From Candidatus Sulfomarinibacteraceae bacterium (GTDB taxonomy: Bacteria > Acidobacteriota > Thermoanaerobaculia > Thermoanaerobaculales > Sulfomarinibacteraceae), in assembly GCA_963823345.1 (NCBI GenBank), contig CAWGLE010000004.1:513166-577165 (forward strand): DNA of 64,000 nt. Direction: 5' to 3'. The notes under the pieces were generated by a model, which ran no database searches, was not told the origin of the DNA, and saw only the letters and a program-made list of their open reading frames with translations. Of the stretch, positions 26,846 to 37,430 are shown one piece after another; position 1 is the stretch's first letter; every line of letters starts with the position of its first letter. A program made the position numbers and the translations under genes.

Positions 26846-29432
26846 GGCCCGCCTGTGCCCGCCAGGGTCGCCTGATCTCGGATGAGATCGCCCGAAGAAC
26901 AATCGTCTCCTCACGGCATCACCATGTCGGCACCGTTTCCCACCCGGGAAGGGATCGTGGGTCAGCTTCCATCCGGTGGAGGATTCCTCGTCGCGGACGA
27001 CGCGGAGGTTGGTGAGGGTCTTGAGTTTGGCAATGAGCTCCTCACGCGGCAGGGTGTGGAGCGGGGCCTTCGAGAGGTCGGGCATGGGCCAGAGGCGGAC
27101 TGTTCCATCATTACCCCCGGACGCGATCCATCGACCGAGGGGGTCGATTGCGAATGTCCACACCGTGCTCTCGTGACCGAGCAGAAGATGCGGTTCTTCT
27201 CCGGTCAGGGGACCAACGCGGATCTCGCCATCCCGGTCCCCGGTAACGGCAAGAGTCCCAGCTGGATCGATGCCAACAGCTGATATATTGTTCCCGAATC
27301 GTTCGAGGCTGGTTTTCGTCCCTGAGTCGAGATCGAGAAAGACGGCTTTTCCAGACAGAGGGTCCGACTTTTCATCTTCGATGACGAGCACCCGGCGCCC
27401 ATCGGCGCTCGCAGCAAACAACCCGACGCTCCCTTCGGGCTTATACAAAAGGTCACGTCGCCCACCCCGAATATCCCATTGCCACAGCCCCGACACACTT
27501 GTCGAAAGCAGACGGTCTCCTGTCGTGAATTGAAGGCAATCGGGTCGGGTTGGTTCTCCAACTTCCAGGACGGCCACTTCCTCACCTGACGGAACGTCCC
27601 AAACCCTGATCTTTTGTTCTGCAGGATCGAATCTTCCCCCTGCAGCGGCGGCCAAGCGGCCGTCGGCACTGAAGGCCACCCCCCATGTCTGACCCGTGAA
27701 ACCTTCGAGGTTGATGGAGAACCCGCCATCGGACTGCAGTAGCCGTGTGCCCGCCCCATTGGTGCCGGCCAGGATCTGCTCACCGTCTGGTGATACTGCA
27801 ATACCCGTCGTCCATGTGTTCAGTTCCAACAATATGCGCCCCGGCGGAGGAGGGTCCCCTTCGAGTGGCCACAGCCTGACGGTGCCGTCCATAGAACTCG
27901 AAGCGAGCCAACTGCCGTCGGGTGCGAATGCGAGACCGGGCACTTCTAGATCTTGTTGCCGTATGACGATGGGAGACTGCCTCGACAGCGGCCATATTGC
28001 CAACCCGGCCAGGTCAGCGGTCGCCAACCAGTCGCCTCGGGGGCTGAATGCACACTGTCGAGTTGCATGTTGTCGCCGCGGAGGAGAACCAGCGGTTCGG
28101 CGTCGATCGGCAAATCCGTTGACCACACGCGATACTTCAAATCGGGTCCCCACCGGGCCACCCGTCTGCCGGAGTCGTCCCATCTCCGCCACCCCCAACC
28201 GGTTCCACCAAGATTGAAGCGGCGAAGGAATCGGGGGGAATCTCCTGATACGGCCCAGACCGATGAAACAAAATTGCCGTCTTCTCGAGCAAGCGCTTCG
28301 AGGCGGGACCCGTCAATCGAAAACTCGAGGGAACGAATTCCTAGTGGCCCCTTGAATACAAATGGTGGAAGGACACCGCGTGGATCCCACAGTCGGATCT
28401 CTCCCCTCGACGTCCGCTGTGGCGACAAAACGCCCAAGGGGATCCACGGCAACGCCCACGGCAGTGCGACCGACCCTGCCCAAACGCCGCGCCGGAGAGA
28501 GGGCGTGGTCGCCCACCTCGGCGATGAAAACATCGCCATCAGCAACAACGCCGATCCAGGCCCCATTCTGAGGGTCGAGATCGAAGTGAGTCAGCCATTT
28601 CCCGTCTTGATCCCGTTTGACCACGAACTCCAGCGTGCCGAGGCGCTCAACTGAACCGTCGTGACCCAGGGTATCGACAACGCCGAGGTTGTTTTCCTCG
28701 ACCAGTAGAACGTGGCGATCTCTGTTCGTATCCTCCGCGATGCCTCTCGTGTACGCGGGTTCCTTGTAACGGATGTCTGCCAGCCTCGTCTCCTCTATTA
28801 CTGACCATAGGCCGTGCTCCCAGGTCCCGTCGGCACCGGACCCATAGGTTACGAAGTGCCCGGTGTTGCTGATACGCGATACGGCTCCGGCCGACGCGGA
28901 AGCCTCTGATTCAAGGTATCTGCTGGACCCGTCGGCAGAAATGACGCTCAATCGGGGACTCCCTTCGGGGACACCTCTCCTTTGTTGAACCAGCCACCTG
29001 CCGTCGGGGCTGAATGGGCAGGCCCAGACCTGGTCATCGGAGGCAACAAGCGCTGTAGGTCCTTTCCACAGCGCTTCGAGGGCAAGCAGGCGCGCACTTG
29101 GACCGTCGGCAAGTTCCAGGCTTGCGATCGCGTGGGCGACCGCTGCTGACGGGTACGACTCCAGTTCCAGCTGTCCCAGCGACACGAGGTTTGCCGCTTC
29201 GGCGCGGCGCTCCTGGAGAGCGCTCCGTTGCCACAAGATAGTCGTTGCCGCAGTTACCACTGCGGCGATCACCAGGGCCGCCGCCACTGCGGCGCGGCGT
29301 CTACTTCGTCGGCGGCCTGAAAGGGCGACCATGGCACCGGCGAACGCTTCCTCGAGTTCGGTCAATCCTCCCGGATATCGATCCCGCCACACGGCGAACT
29401 CTCGGTACGCCGAACCGGTCCAAAGCAGATCG

Positions 29433-31559
29433 TCAGACCGATCGTGCTCGTTCCACGTCTTTGCAGCCTGCCGGAGCTGATCGCGGAGCTGGGCCGCGTC
29501 GGCGTCCTGGGTCTGCCAGCGTACGAGGCGCGGCCAGTTGGCGAGCAGCGATTCGTGGATGATTTCGACCTGGCGCACCGGCTCGTGCTCGTCCTCGTGG
29601 ATTTCGTAGGAGGTCAGGAGCCGCGCATCGATCAATTCCGCGCAAGACCTCTTCGGCAGCGCTGCGGGAGGGGATTAACCCCTCCCCTACGGCTTTCCTT
29701 GCGTTCGTAGGGGCGGGGTTTATCCCCGCCCTGCGATGGTCCCCATCGAAGATCGACAGGATCTCGTCCCATTCGCGGACGGCTCGGGTGCCTTCTGTGG
29801 TGACGAGGTTTCGGAAGAGTTCTCTTACAACGGGAATGCGTTCGACGCCGATGCGGGCAATCGTCGCCTCTGCGTGCTGGGCAAGCGCTCCGCCGACCCC
29901 GCCGATGTCCTGGTAAGCCTGGCGGGTGAGGAGTCCGGTTTCGCGATTTCGCATCTCCCAGAGCCGCGCCGCAGCGAAGGCCAGCAACGGGAGTGCTCCT
30001 CGTTCACCTTCCACCTCGACGAGCATCTCGTCCACCAGATCGTCGTCCTCAAAGCGGTAGCCGCACTGGAGGGCGGGTTGTGTCAGGGCGCGCCGGAGGT
30101 TGGCACCGGTCGGCGGATTGAGCATCGTCAGCTCGTTGAAGACCGGTTGAAACTGCTCGTGCGAGCTGCACGATGCGGCGAAATCATCCCTCATGGACAG
30201 CAGCACGTGGGTGTCGGCTTCGAGGGGGAGTCGGGCGAGCAGGGTCGCAAAGTGCTTTTGGCGATCGCCGGAATGGAGGGTGAATAACTCCTCGAATTGG
30301 TCGAGGATTAGAAGGGTCGCGCGATGATTTCCTCGTGCGTTCGCCATCGTCTCGATGATGACGTCCGGGTTTTCGGGATCCGTCAGAAGACGCTCGAGGT
30401 TGTCGTGCTCGTGAGAAAGCACGGAAGTCAGCGCGCCGCGCAGCGAGGCAACAGCTGCGTTTCCGGGAGTGCATCGCAGAATTATCCAGCCGGTTGGAGC
30501 ATGCGCCATCAACCCCGCTCTGATGAACGAGGTTTTTCCTGCGCCAGATGGCCCCATGATTGCGATCATCCGCGCCGGTCCCTCGAGCTTGCGCCACATC
30601 TGCTCGACCTCGGCCTCGCGGCCGAAGAAGTACTCGGCGTCTGATTCGGTGAAGGAGGCGAGACCGGGGTAGGGGTGGAGGTCGTCGGCGCCTTCGACGC
30701 GGAGGGTCACGTCTTCGAGAGCGCGCGTCAGCGTGTGGGCGGAGTTGTAGCGGCCTTCGCGGTCTTTTTTTACGGCCTTCTGGATTACCTGAGCCCACGG
30801 CGTCTCGGGGACCTTTGCGGGTTCGGAGCGCACGCCTTCCCACACGCTCTGGCGGGAGTCGAAGCTCTTGATGCCCTCGGGGCTCACCATCTCGGCCAGC
30901 ACCACGCCTGCCGCGTAGACGTCGGCCCGTGCGTCGAGCGTCTGGCCTGCCGCCTGCTCGGGCGACATGTAGGCCGGGGTGCCGGCGACCGTGCCGCCGC
31001 CCTCGGTCTCCTGCCGGGCGAGGCCGAAGTCCATCACGACCACCCGCCCGGCCCGGGTCAGCATGATGTTCTCGGGTTTGATGTCGCGGTGGATCAGCCC
31101 GGCCTTGTGGATCGCCTCCAGTCCGGCGAGAAACTGCGAGGCGATGTCCTGGGCTTCCTTGAGCTCGAGCGGTCCACGCTCTTGAAGAACGCCGAGAAGG
31201 GTCGCCCCGTCGACGTACTCCATGGACACCAACTCGCGGCCCTCGACCTCGATCAGATCGAAAATGCGGCAGACGTTGGGCGACACCACCTCGCGGGCCG
31301 CTCGCACTTCCTGGCGCAGCAGTTCGAGTCGCCGCTCGGATTTGAAGAACTCCGGTCGCAGCGCCTTCAGCGCCACCTCGACCCGGAGCTTGAGATCGAA
31401 GGCGTGCCACACCTCACCCATCCCACCGCGCCCGAGCATCTCGAGAATCTGGTACCGCTCACCCAGCACCTGGCCGGAGGTGAACCCCTGCATCCCCTCC
31501 GGCATGTCGAGGGTCTCGCCCTCACCCTCGGTGCGGGTGGGGAGGTTTGGGTCAGTCAT
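29433..31559 (-). CDS. Kinase + STAND NTPase ORF of paralogue B (708 aa, intact up to just after the REPIN insert)
   Basis: Full kinase motifs, then ..LHPYPGLASFTESDAEYFFGREAEVEQMWRKLEGPARMIAIMGPSGAGKTSFIRAGL.., ..LLILDQFEELF.. (Walker B-like). Confidence 0.65.
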   Translation of the reverse strand: MTDPNLPTRTEGEGETLDMPEGMQGFTSGQVLGERYQILEMLGRGGMGEVWHAFDLKLRVEVALKALRPEFFKSERRLELLRQEVRAAREVVSPNVCRIFDLIEVEGRELVSMEYVDGATLLGVLQERGPLELKEAQDIASQFLAGLEAIHKAGLIHRDIKPENIMLTRAGRVVVMDFGLARQETEGGGTVAGTPAYMSPEQAAGQTLDARADVYAAGVVLAEMVSPEGIKSFDSRQSVWEGVRSEPAKVPETPWAQVIQKAVKKDREGRYNSAHTLTRALEDVTLRVEGADDLHPYPGLASFTESDAEYFFGREAEVEQMWRKLEGPARMIAIMGPSGAGKTSFIRAGLMAHAPTGWIILRCTPGNAAVASLRGALTSVLSHEHDNLERLLTDPENPDVIIETMANARGNHRATLLILDQFEELFTLHSGDRQKHFATLLARLPLEADTHVLLSMRDDFAASCSSHEQFQPVFNELTMLNPPTGANLRRALTQPALQCGYRFEDDDLVDEMLVEVEGERGALPLLAFAAARLWEMRNRETGLLTRQAYQDIGGVGGALAQHAEATIARIGVERIPVVRELFRNLVTTEGTRAVREWDEILSIFDGDHRRAGINPAPTNARKAVGEGLIPSRSAAEEVLRGIDRCAAPDLLRNPRGRARAGAPGRNHPRIAARQLAAPRTLADPGRRRGPAPRSAPAGCKDVERARSV
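29666..29731. repeat. REPIN type 2 embedded in paralogue B coding region
   Basis: GGGAGGGGATTAACCCCTCCCCTAC-ggctttccttgcgttc-GTAGGGGCGGGGTTTATCCCCGCCC. Confidence 0.8.
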
Positions 31560-31585
31560 GGATGACTCGAGAGTCGATTCCCAGT

Positions 31586-31686
31586 GTAGGCGGGTCCTTC
31601 AGGGCCCGCCACCACCGGCGTCGAGTCATTTCTACCGCATTTGACTCCGGGTGGATCCGTGGGCGCGCCCTGAAGGACGCGCCTAC
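31586..31686. repeat. REPIN type 3 between paralogues B and C
   Basis: GTAGGCGGGTCCttcagGGCCCGCC ... GGGCGCGCCctgaagGACGCGCCTAC (outward GTAG/CTAC heads). Confidence 0.7.
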
Positions 31687-31722
31687 ATTTCGTTGAGTCG
31701 CCTCGGGCGTTCGGGCGGAAAC

Positions 31723-31750
31723 TCCGAAATCCGAAATCCGAAATCCGAAA
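31723..31750. repeat. Tandem 7-mer array (TCCGAAA)4
   Basis: Four perfect units, 7 nt from the stop codon of paralogue C (31758-31760, minus strand). Confidence 0.8.
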
Positions 31751-31757
31751 TCGCGAC

Positions 31758-34700
31758 TCACCATGTCGGCACCGTTTCCCAACCGGGGAAGGGATCGTGG
31801 GTGAGCTTCCAGCCGGTGGAGGATTCCTCGTCGCGGACGACACGGAGGTTGGTGAGGGTTTTGAGCTTGGCGATGAGATCCTCACGCGGCAGGGTGTGGA
31901 GCGGCGGTTTCGAGAGATCGGGCATGGGCCAGAGACGGATCGTCTTGTCCTTGCCTCCTGATGCGACCCACCGGCCAAGAGGATCGAAGGCGAGGGCGGT
32001 CACGCCGTTTTCGTGGCCAAGAAGAAGGTGGGGCTCTTCGCCGGTGATCGGCCCCACTCGAACCACACCGTCCGTGTCACCCGTCGCCACAATCTTGTTT
32101 TTTTGGTCGAGGGCGACGGCATAGACCCTGGTCCCATGGGTCTCGAGAGTCCTCGTCTCGCCAGTTTCAAAGTCCAAGAAAACAGCACGCTTTGGCGCGC
32201 TTGCTTCGAGCACATAGCCCTCAATGACGATCGCTTGTTTCCCGTCCGAGCTGGCATCAAAGAGAAAAATATTTCCCTCGTAGAGCAGTTCGCTTTCACC
32301 GGTCACGAGATCCCATTTCCGCAGCCCGAACTCGCTCGAGGAAAGGAGGTGACCGTCATTCGTGAATTGAAGACAGAACACTCGACGGCCCTCGGGATAC
32401 AGCACCGCCACTTCTTCCCCTGAAGTGCGGTCCCAAACGAGGATTCGGATCTCAGGGGTCTTTACATCCAACACGCCGGCGCAGAGCCGGCCGTCGGGAC
32501 TGATCGACGCGCCCCAAAAACTCACCGGCCCGATGTCCGGTACGGTCTGGAACTCCTCGCCCGAAAGAGAGAACAACCGAGCGCCCGACCACGCGGTACC
32601 AGCGAGGAGCTGCTCCCCGTCGGGCGTCCTTGCAAGGTCGTACATCTGTTTGCCCGGGTCCTTCAAAAGGATGCGGCCTGGAGGGAGGACATCACCCTCC
32701 AACGGCCAAAACCTCACTGTGTCATCCATCGAGGACGAAACCAGCCAGCGACCCTCCGGACCGAACAGAAGGTCCATGACCTCCTTTTCATGACGCCGGA
32801 TCACCGCCGGGTACGGCCGAGCCAGCGGCCACAGCGCGGCGCCGGCCTTGTCGGCACTCGCCAGCCAGTTTCCGTTCGGGTGGAAAGACAGGCCCCACAA
32901 GACGTCAACGTCGCCGCGGAGCAGGAACACCGGCTCGGCATCGGCAGGCGCAGCCATCGGCCAGAGCCGAATTTTGAGGTCGGAACCACTCCTGGCTATT
33001 TGCCAGCCTACACGGTTGAGGCCCCACCATCCGATACCGTCGTCACCGACTGGGAATGGGCGGAGAAATCGTGGCGGATTGGTATCAAGCAACCAGATCC
33101 ACGATGTGACCTCTCCTTCCTCAAACACCGAGGCTTCCAGTAGTGATCCATCGGCGGTGATGTCGAGAATCGCTCCCGGAGGGGCACTGAGAAGGATCGG
33201 CGGCGAATCTCCCGCGTTGTCCCAGAGGCGAATTCGTCCATCCTCGGCTATGGTGGCGAAAAAACGCCCCAACGGATCGAAGAGAACTTTCCTGACGGGC
33301 TCCACGTGGCGGCCCAGCCGGCGTGGTTCGGAGAGGCTGTGTTCGCCGATATCGATGACCAGCACGTCTTCATCCACCACCGCGCCAAGCCAGCGGCCGG
33401 TTCGGCGCTCGAGATCGGTACGGCGGATCCAATCCCTGGAGGTTTTAAAACCGAGGTCCGGGGTGCCGAGACGTTTGCGAGCGCCGCCAAAGCCGAGGAT
33501 ATCGATGCTTCCTATTTTGCCTTCGAGTACCAGGTACACCATTCGCTGCTGGGTGGCGTTGACGGCCTGTCCCAATAGGCGGGCTGGGCCGTCATAACTG
33601 GCCTCACTGAGCATTCGTCCGTCTGCAACAGACCAGAGTGCGAGGAGTGGGAGCACGGATTTGTCAAAGAACCCGAATGAACTGAAGACACCGGTCTCCA
33701 GCCCCACTCGAATATTGATCCGCCTTGACTCATGCTGGTGCTGGAGCAACTCACTGGTTCCGTCAGCCTTGATTAACCGCAGGTTGCCGGTCCCGTCTCC
33801 TGACTGCACCAGGGCGCGCCCGTCGGGGGTGAACTCGGCTTGCCAAGAACTCTCGTCATTGATGACCAGTGCGGTCGGCCCCCCCCACAACGCCGCCTGG
33901 GCCAAATAGCGGGCGCTCGGACTGTCGGCGAGTTCGAGGCTGGTGATGGCGTATGCGACGGCGGCGGACGGATAGGAATCGAGTTCCTGTTGCCCGAGGG
34001 CAAGGAGTTCATTCGCTTCAGCACGGCGGGTCTCTCTTTCGCTCTTCGCCCACATCCCGCCGAGAATCGAGGCAACTCCGGCGAGCACAACCAACGCAGC
34101 TGCCATGACGAGCCGCCGCCGCCGTTTTCGACGGGTGGCAAAGGAGGTCATTGCCGTGGCGTAGGCCTCCTCGGTCGACGTGAGACCACCCGGGTATCGT
34201 TCCCTCCACAGTTCGAACTCGCGGTAAGCAGTTCCGGTCCAGAGTCGATCATCGTGCCGGCCGTGCTCGTCCCAGGAGCGAGCTGCCTGCCGAAGCTCGT
34301 CGCGGAGCTGGGCTCCTTCCTGGTCCTGCGTTTGCCAGCGCACGAGGCGCGGCCAGTTGGCGAGGAGGGACTCGTGGATGATCTCCACGCGGCGGGTGGG
34401 TTCGTGCTCGTCTTCGTGGATTTCATAGGAGGTCAGCAGGCGGGCGTCGATGAGTTCGCGAAGGACCTCTTCGGGCGATTTGCTGTGGGAATCGCTGAAT
34501 ATTGAAAGAAGCTCACCCCATTCGCGCACCGCGCGCGTGCCCTCTGCGGTCACCAGGTTCCGGAACAGTTCGCGGACGATCGGAATGCGCTCCGAACCGA
34601 TGTGGTCGATAGTTGCTTCGGCGTGCTGGGCGAGCGCGCCGCCGACGCCGCCGATCTCCTGGTACGCTTGACGGGTGAGCAGCCCAGTCTCGCGGTCGCG

Positions 34701-34919
34701 CTTCTCCCACAGACGTGCGGCAGCGAACGCCAGTAGCGGCAACGCGCCGCGTTCGCCTTCGACCTCGGCCAGCATCTCCTCGATCAGCTCATCGTCTTCG
34801 AAGCGGTATCCGCACTTTGTCGCGGGTTGCACGCTGCGCGGCGCAGATCGCCCCCGGTCGGCGGGTCGAGCACCGTGAGTTCTGGAAGATCGGATCGCAG
34901 CGAATCGTGGGCATTGCAT
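31758..34919 (-). CDS. Intact 1053-aa ORF of paralogue C: distal NTPase/helical region - TM - WD40 - conserved tail
   Basis: Homology begins at ..KCGYRFEDDELIEEMLAEVEGERGALPLLAFAAARLWEKRD.. and runs uninterrupted to ..THDPFPGWETVPTW*. The first ~35 codons are out-of-frame junk, so the true start and expression are unclear. Confidence 0.45.
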   Translation of the reverse strand: MQCPRFAAIRSSRTHGARPADRGRSAPRSVQPATKCGYRFEDDELIEEMLAEVEGERGALPLLAFAAARLWEKRDRETGLLTRQAYQEIGGVGGALAQHAEATIDHIGSERIPIVRELFRNLVTAEGTRAVREWGELLSIFSDSHSKSPEEVLRELIDARLLTSYEIHEDEHEPTRRVEIIHESLLANWPRLVRWQTQDQEGAQLRDELRQAARSWDEHGRHDDRLWTGTAYREFELWRERYPGGLTSTEEAYATAMTSFATRRKRRRRLVMAAALVVLAGVASILGGMWAKSERETRRAEANELLALGQQELDSYPSAAVAYAITSLELADSPSARYLAQAALWGGPTALVINDESSWQAEFTPDGRALVQSGDGTGNLRLIKADGTSELLQHQHESRRINIRVGLETGVFSSFGFFDKSVLPLLALWSVADGRMLSEASYDGPARLLGQAVNATQQRMVYLVLEGKIGSIDILGFGGARKRLGTPDLGFKTSRDWIRRTDLERRTGRWLGAVVDEDVLVIDIGEHSLSEPRRLGRHVEPVRKVLFDPLGRFFATIAEDGRIRLWDNAGDSPPILLSAPPGAILDITADGSLLEASVFEEGEVTSWIWLLDTNPPRFLRPFPVGDDGIGWWGLNRVGWQIARSGSDLKIRLWPMAAPADAEPVFLLRGDVDVLWGLSFHPNGNWLASADKAGAALWPLARPYPAVIRRHEKEVMDLLFGPEGRWLVSSSMDDTVRFWPLEGDVLPPGRILLKDPGKQMYDLARTPDGEQLLAGTAWSGARLFSLSGEEFQTVPDIGPVSFWGASISPDGRLCAGVLDVKTPEIRILVWDRTSGEEVAVLYPEGRRVFCLQFTNDGHLLSSSEFGLRKWDLVTGESELLYEGNIFLFDASSDGKQAIVIEGYVLEASAPKRAVFLDFETGETRTLETHGTRVYAVALDQKNKIVATGDTDGVVRVGPITGEEPHLLLGHENGVTALAFDPLGRWVASGGKDKTIRLWPMPDLSKPPLHTLPREDLIAKLKTLTNLRVVRDEESSTGWKLTHDPFPGWETVPTW

Positions 34920-36304
34920 GCGGCTACGAAGTCATCGCGCATTGAAAGCAGCACGTGGATGTCGCTCTCGAGAACGGATCGCCGCAGCAGTTCTGCGAAC
35001 CTCCGCTGTTCTTCGATACCGTTCTGAGTGAACAGCTCTTCGAACTGATCGACGACTACGAGAGCATGTGTGTCCGTTCGCGCCCAGCTGGCCGAGTACC
35101 TGAACGGCGACGTCGGCATCGCCGAAACGAGGAAGCAGCTCGACCGCGTCCGGATCTCCAGCCGTTTCGCCGGCCACCACCCCGGCGAGCGAGGAGGTGG
35201 CTGCGTTTCCGGGAGTCGATCGGATGATCCCCCAGTCCGGCGGAGCGTGGGCCACGCAGCCCGGCCGCGAGAAACGAGGATTTTCCTGCCCCCGAGGGCC
35301 CGATAATTGCGAGCATTCGCGGCGGCCCCTCGAGCTTGCGCCACATCTGCTCGACCTCGGCCTCGCGGCCGAAGAAGTACTCGGCGTCTGCCTCCGTGAA
35401 TGATGCGAGCCCGGGATAAGGGTGGAGGTCGTCGGCGCCTTCGACGCGGAGGGTCACGTCTTCGAGGGCGCGCGTCGAGGGTGTGGGCGGAGTTGAAGCG
35501 ACCCTCGCGGTCTTCCTGACGGCCTGTTGGATGACCTGCGCCCACGGGGTGTCCGGGATCTTTGCGGCTCGGAGCGCACGCCTTCCCAGACGCTCTGCCG
35601 GGAGTCGAAGCTCTTGATTCCGTCGGGGCTCACCATCTTCGGCCAGCACCACGCCGCTGCGTAGACGTCTGCCCGCGCGTCGAGCGTCTGTCCCGCCCCT
35701 GTTCGGCGACATGTAGGCCGGAGTGCCGGACACCGGCCTCCGCCCTCGGTTTCCTGACGGGCGAGGCCGAAGTCGATCACGACGACCCGACCGGCCCGGG
35801 TGAGCATGATGTTTTCCGGCTTGATGTCGCGGTGGATCAGGCCGGCCTTGTGGATGGCTTCGAGCCCGGCGAGGAACTGCGAAGCGATGTCCTGGGCTTC
35901 TTTGAGTTCGAGCGGCGCGCGCTCCTGGAGCACTCAAGCAACGTCGCGCCGTCGACATACTCCATCGACACCAGCTCACGGCCTTCGACCTCGATCAGAT
36001 CGAAGATGCCGGCAGACGTTGGGAGAGACCACCTCACGAGCGGCGCGGACTTCCTGCCGCAACAGTTCCAGCCGCCTCTCGGACTTGAAGAACTCGGGCC
36101 GCAATGCCTTCAGCGCCACCTCGACCCGCAGCTTCAGGTCGAAGGCGTGCCACACCTCGCCCATCCCGCCACGTCCGAGCATCTCGAGGATCTGATAGCG
36201 GTCACCCAGCACCTGTCCGCGGTGCGAAGCCCTTCATCCCCTCCGGCATGTCGAGGGTCTCGCCCTCACGCTCGGTGCGGGTGGTGGAGATCGTGGTCAG
36301 TCAT
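31758..36304 (-). pseudogene. Paralogue C of kinase - STAND NTPase - TM - WD40 protein (N-terminal kinase/NTPase part decayed)
   Basis: ATG 36304 (MTDHDL..). An extra C gives a stop after 12 codons. Kinase and NTPase pieces lie in ORFs 35976-36212, 35454-35933, 35056-35979 and 34784-35545, with several shifts and a few replacements (E->D, G->A, M->I). It lacks the REPIN insert (..LLSIFSDSHSKSPEEVL..). Confidence 0.65.
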
Positions 36305-36482
36305 TGGTTATCCGAGTCGGAAGTGACCGGTTTGGTGGACGGGTCACTCCGAGGCCCGCCACCGCCCACCCGGCGGGCCGGGACGGCTGCCCCACAACGG
36401 ACACATTGGCCACTTTGTCGGGCACGCGCTCCGCGGCCCCGGCGCTGTCGTCGCGACAGGAACTATCTGAGGTATCCTCGAC

Positions 36483-36923
36483 ATGGAGGCCCCGTTCATG
36501 GATCCGAAAGATCTGCTGGCTGGACGCATCACCGCGGTGCTGTCGGCTCGTCCGGAGATTCTCGAGGCGTATCTCTTCGGATCCCACGCTCGGGGTGAGG
36601 GCCAGGCGCACAGCGATATCGACATCGCTGTGTTCATCGATGAAGCACGAGGTCGGACCGGGCCCCTTCGGATACCGAGCGGAACTGACCTCCGCGCTGA
36701 TGAGCGGTCTCGGCACCAACGCCGTCGATGTCGTGGTGCTCAATACCGCGCCGCCTCTCCTGTACCACCGGGTTCTGCGCGACGGCTCCCGTCTGTACTC
36801 TCGCGACCTTCGCGCGACGACGGTTCGCGAGGGCCGGGCCCTCTCGCGCCACTGCGATTCGTGCCGCAGCTCGCGAAGATCGACGCCATACTAGGTGCTC
36901 GAGCGCCGTTCTCGGAGAGGTAG
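36483..36923 (+). pseudogene. mntA: MntA-type nucleotidyltransferase, copy 2, middle third out of frame
   Basis: ..YLFGSHARGEGQAHSDIDIAVFIDEA (frame 0), then a +1 shift near 36645-36655. ..PGPFGYRAELTSALMSGLGTNAVDVVVLNTAPPLLYHRVLRDGSRLYSRDL..ALSRHCD is in frame 1, then a -1 shift near 36858 returns to ..FVPQLAKIDAILGARAPFSER*. Confidence 0.65.
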
Positions 36924-36925
36924 CC

Positions 36926-37357
36926 GTGGGCCCGGGTGAGATCGACGCCCTGATCATTCGGCGGCACCTGGCCGCTCTCCGCGAGTCGCTCCAGGTACTC
37001 GCCGCTCGCAGCGACGTCTCTCTCGAGGAACTCAACGCCGACACCGAACTGCTGTGGGTTGTTGAGCGCGGTCTCCAACTCTGCGCACAAAACGCGCTCG
37101 ACATCGCGACGCACATTGCAGCCGGCCGGGGGCGCGATGTCCGGACTACGCCAGCGCCATCGACGAGCTCGGACGCCTCGGCGTGCTCGACCGATGAGTT
37201 CGTACACGAGTTTCGCAACGTCGCCGGTTTCCGGAACGTGCTGGTGCACGGCTATCTCGATGTGGACCTGGATGTCCTGTACACGCTCCTGCACGACCGT
37301 CTCGGAGACTTCGAGTCCTTTGCGGCCCGAATCGAGACCCACCTCGAAAACCTCTGA
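36926..37357 (+). CDS. hepT: HepT-type HEPN (DUF86) toxin, copy 2; open frame but with a 19-codon recoded patch
   Basis: GTG 36926. ..EFRNVAGFRNVLVHGYLDVDLDVLYTLL.. (Rx4H). Between ~37140 and ~37197 a -1/+1 pair turns the ancestral VPDYASAIDELGRLGVLD into VRTTPAPSTSSDASACSTD. Confidence 0.6.
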   Translation: MGPGEIDALIIRRHLAALRESLQVLAARSDVSLEELNADTELLWVVERGLQLCAQNALDIATHIAAGRGRDVRTTPAPSTSSDASACSTDEFVHEFRNVAGFRNVLVHGYLDVDLDVLYTLLHDRLGDFESFAARIETHLENL

Positions 37358-37430
37358 GCCTCGGTTGTGCCCGCCAGGGTCGCCTGATCTCGGATGAGAT
37401 CGCCCGAAGCGTAAGCGTCTCCTCATGACA

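Larger units (their letters stand above)
26919..31559 (-). pseudogene. Paralogue B of kinase - STAND NTPase - TM - WD40 protein (about four frameshifts in the C-terminal two-thirds)
   Basis: ATG 31559. Collinear pieces lie in ORFs 29433-31559, 28313-29635, 27946-28566 and 26228-28198. Shifts are near 29638, ~28405, ~28060 and ~26945. The ancestral stop is at 26919-26921 (..GWETVPTW*). The 656-aa track ORF runs on antisense through hepT only because of the last shift. Confidence 0.6.

Noticed and set aside
26228-26918. C-terminal ~230-aa extension of the 656-aa ORF 26228-28198
   Set aside because: It is created by the 1-nt deletion near 26945, which removes the ancestral stop at 26919-26921. 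The extension is antisense to hepT/mntA and has no homology to the other paralogues.
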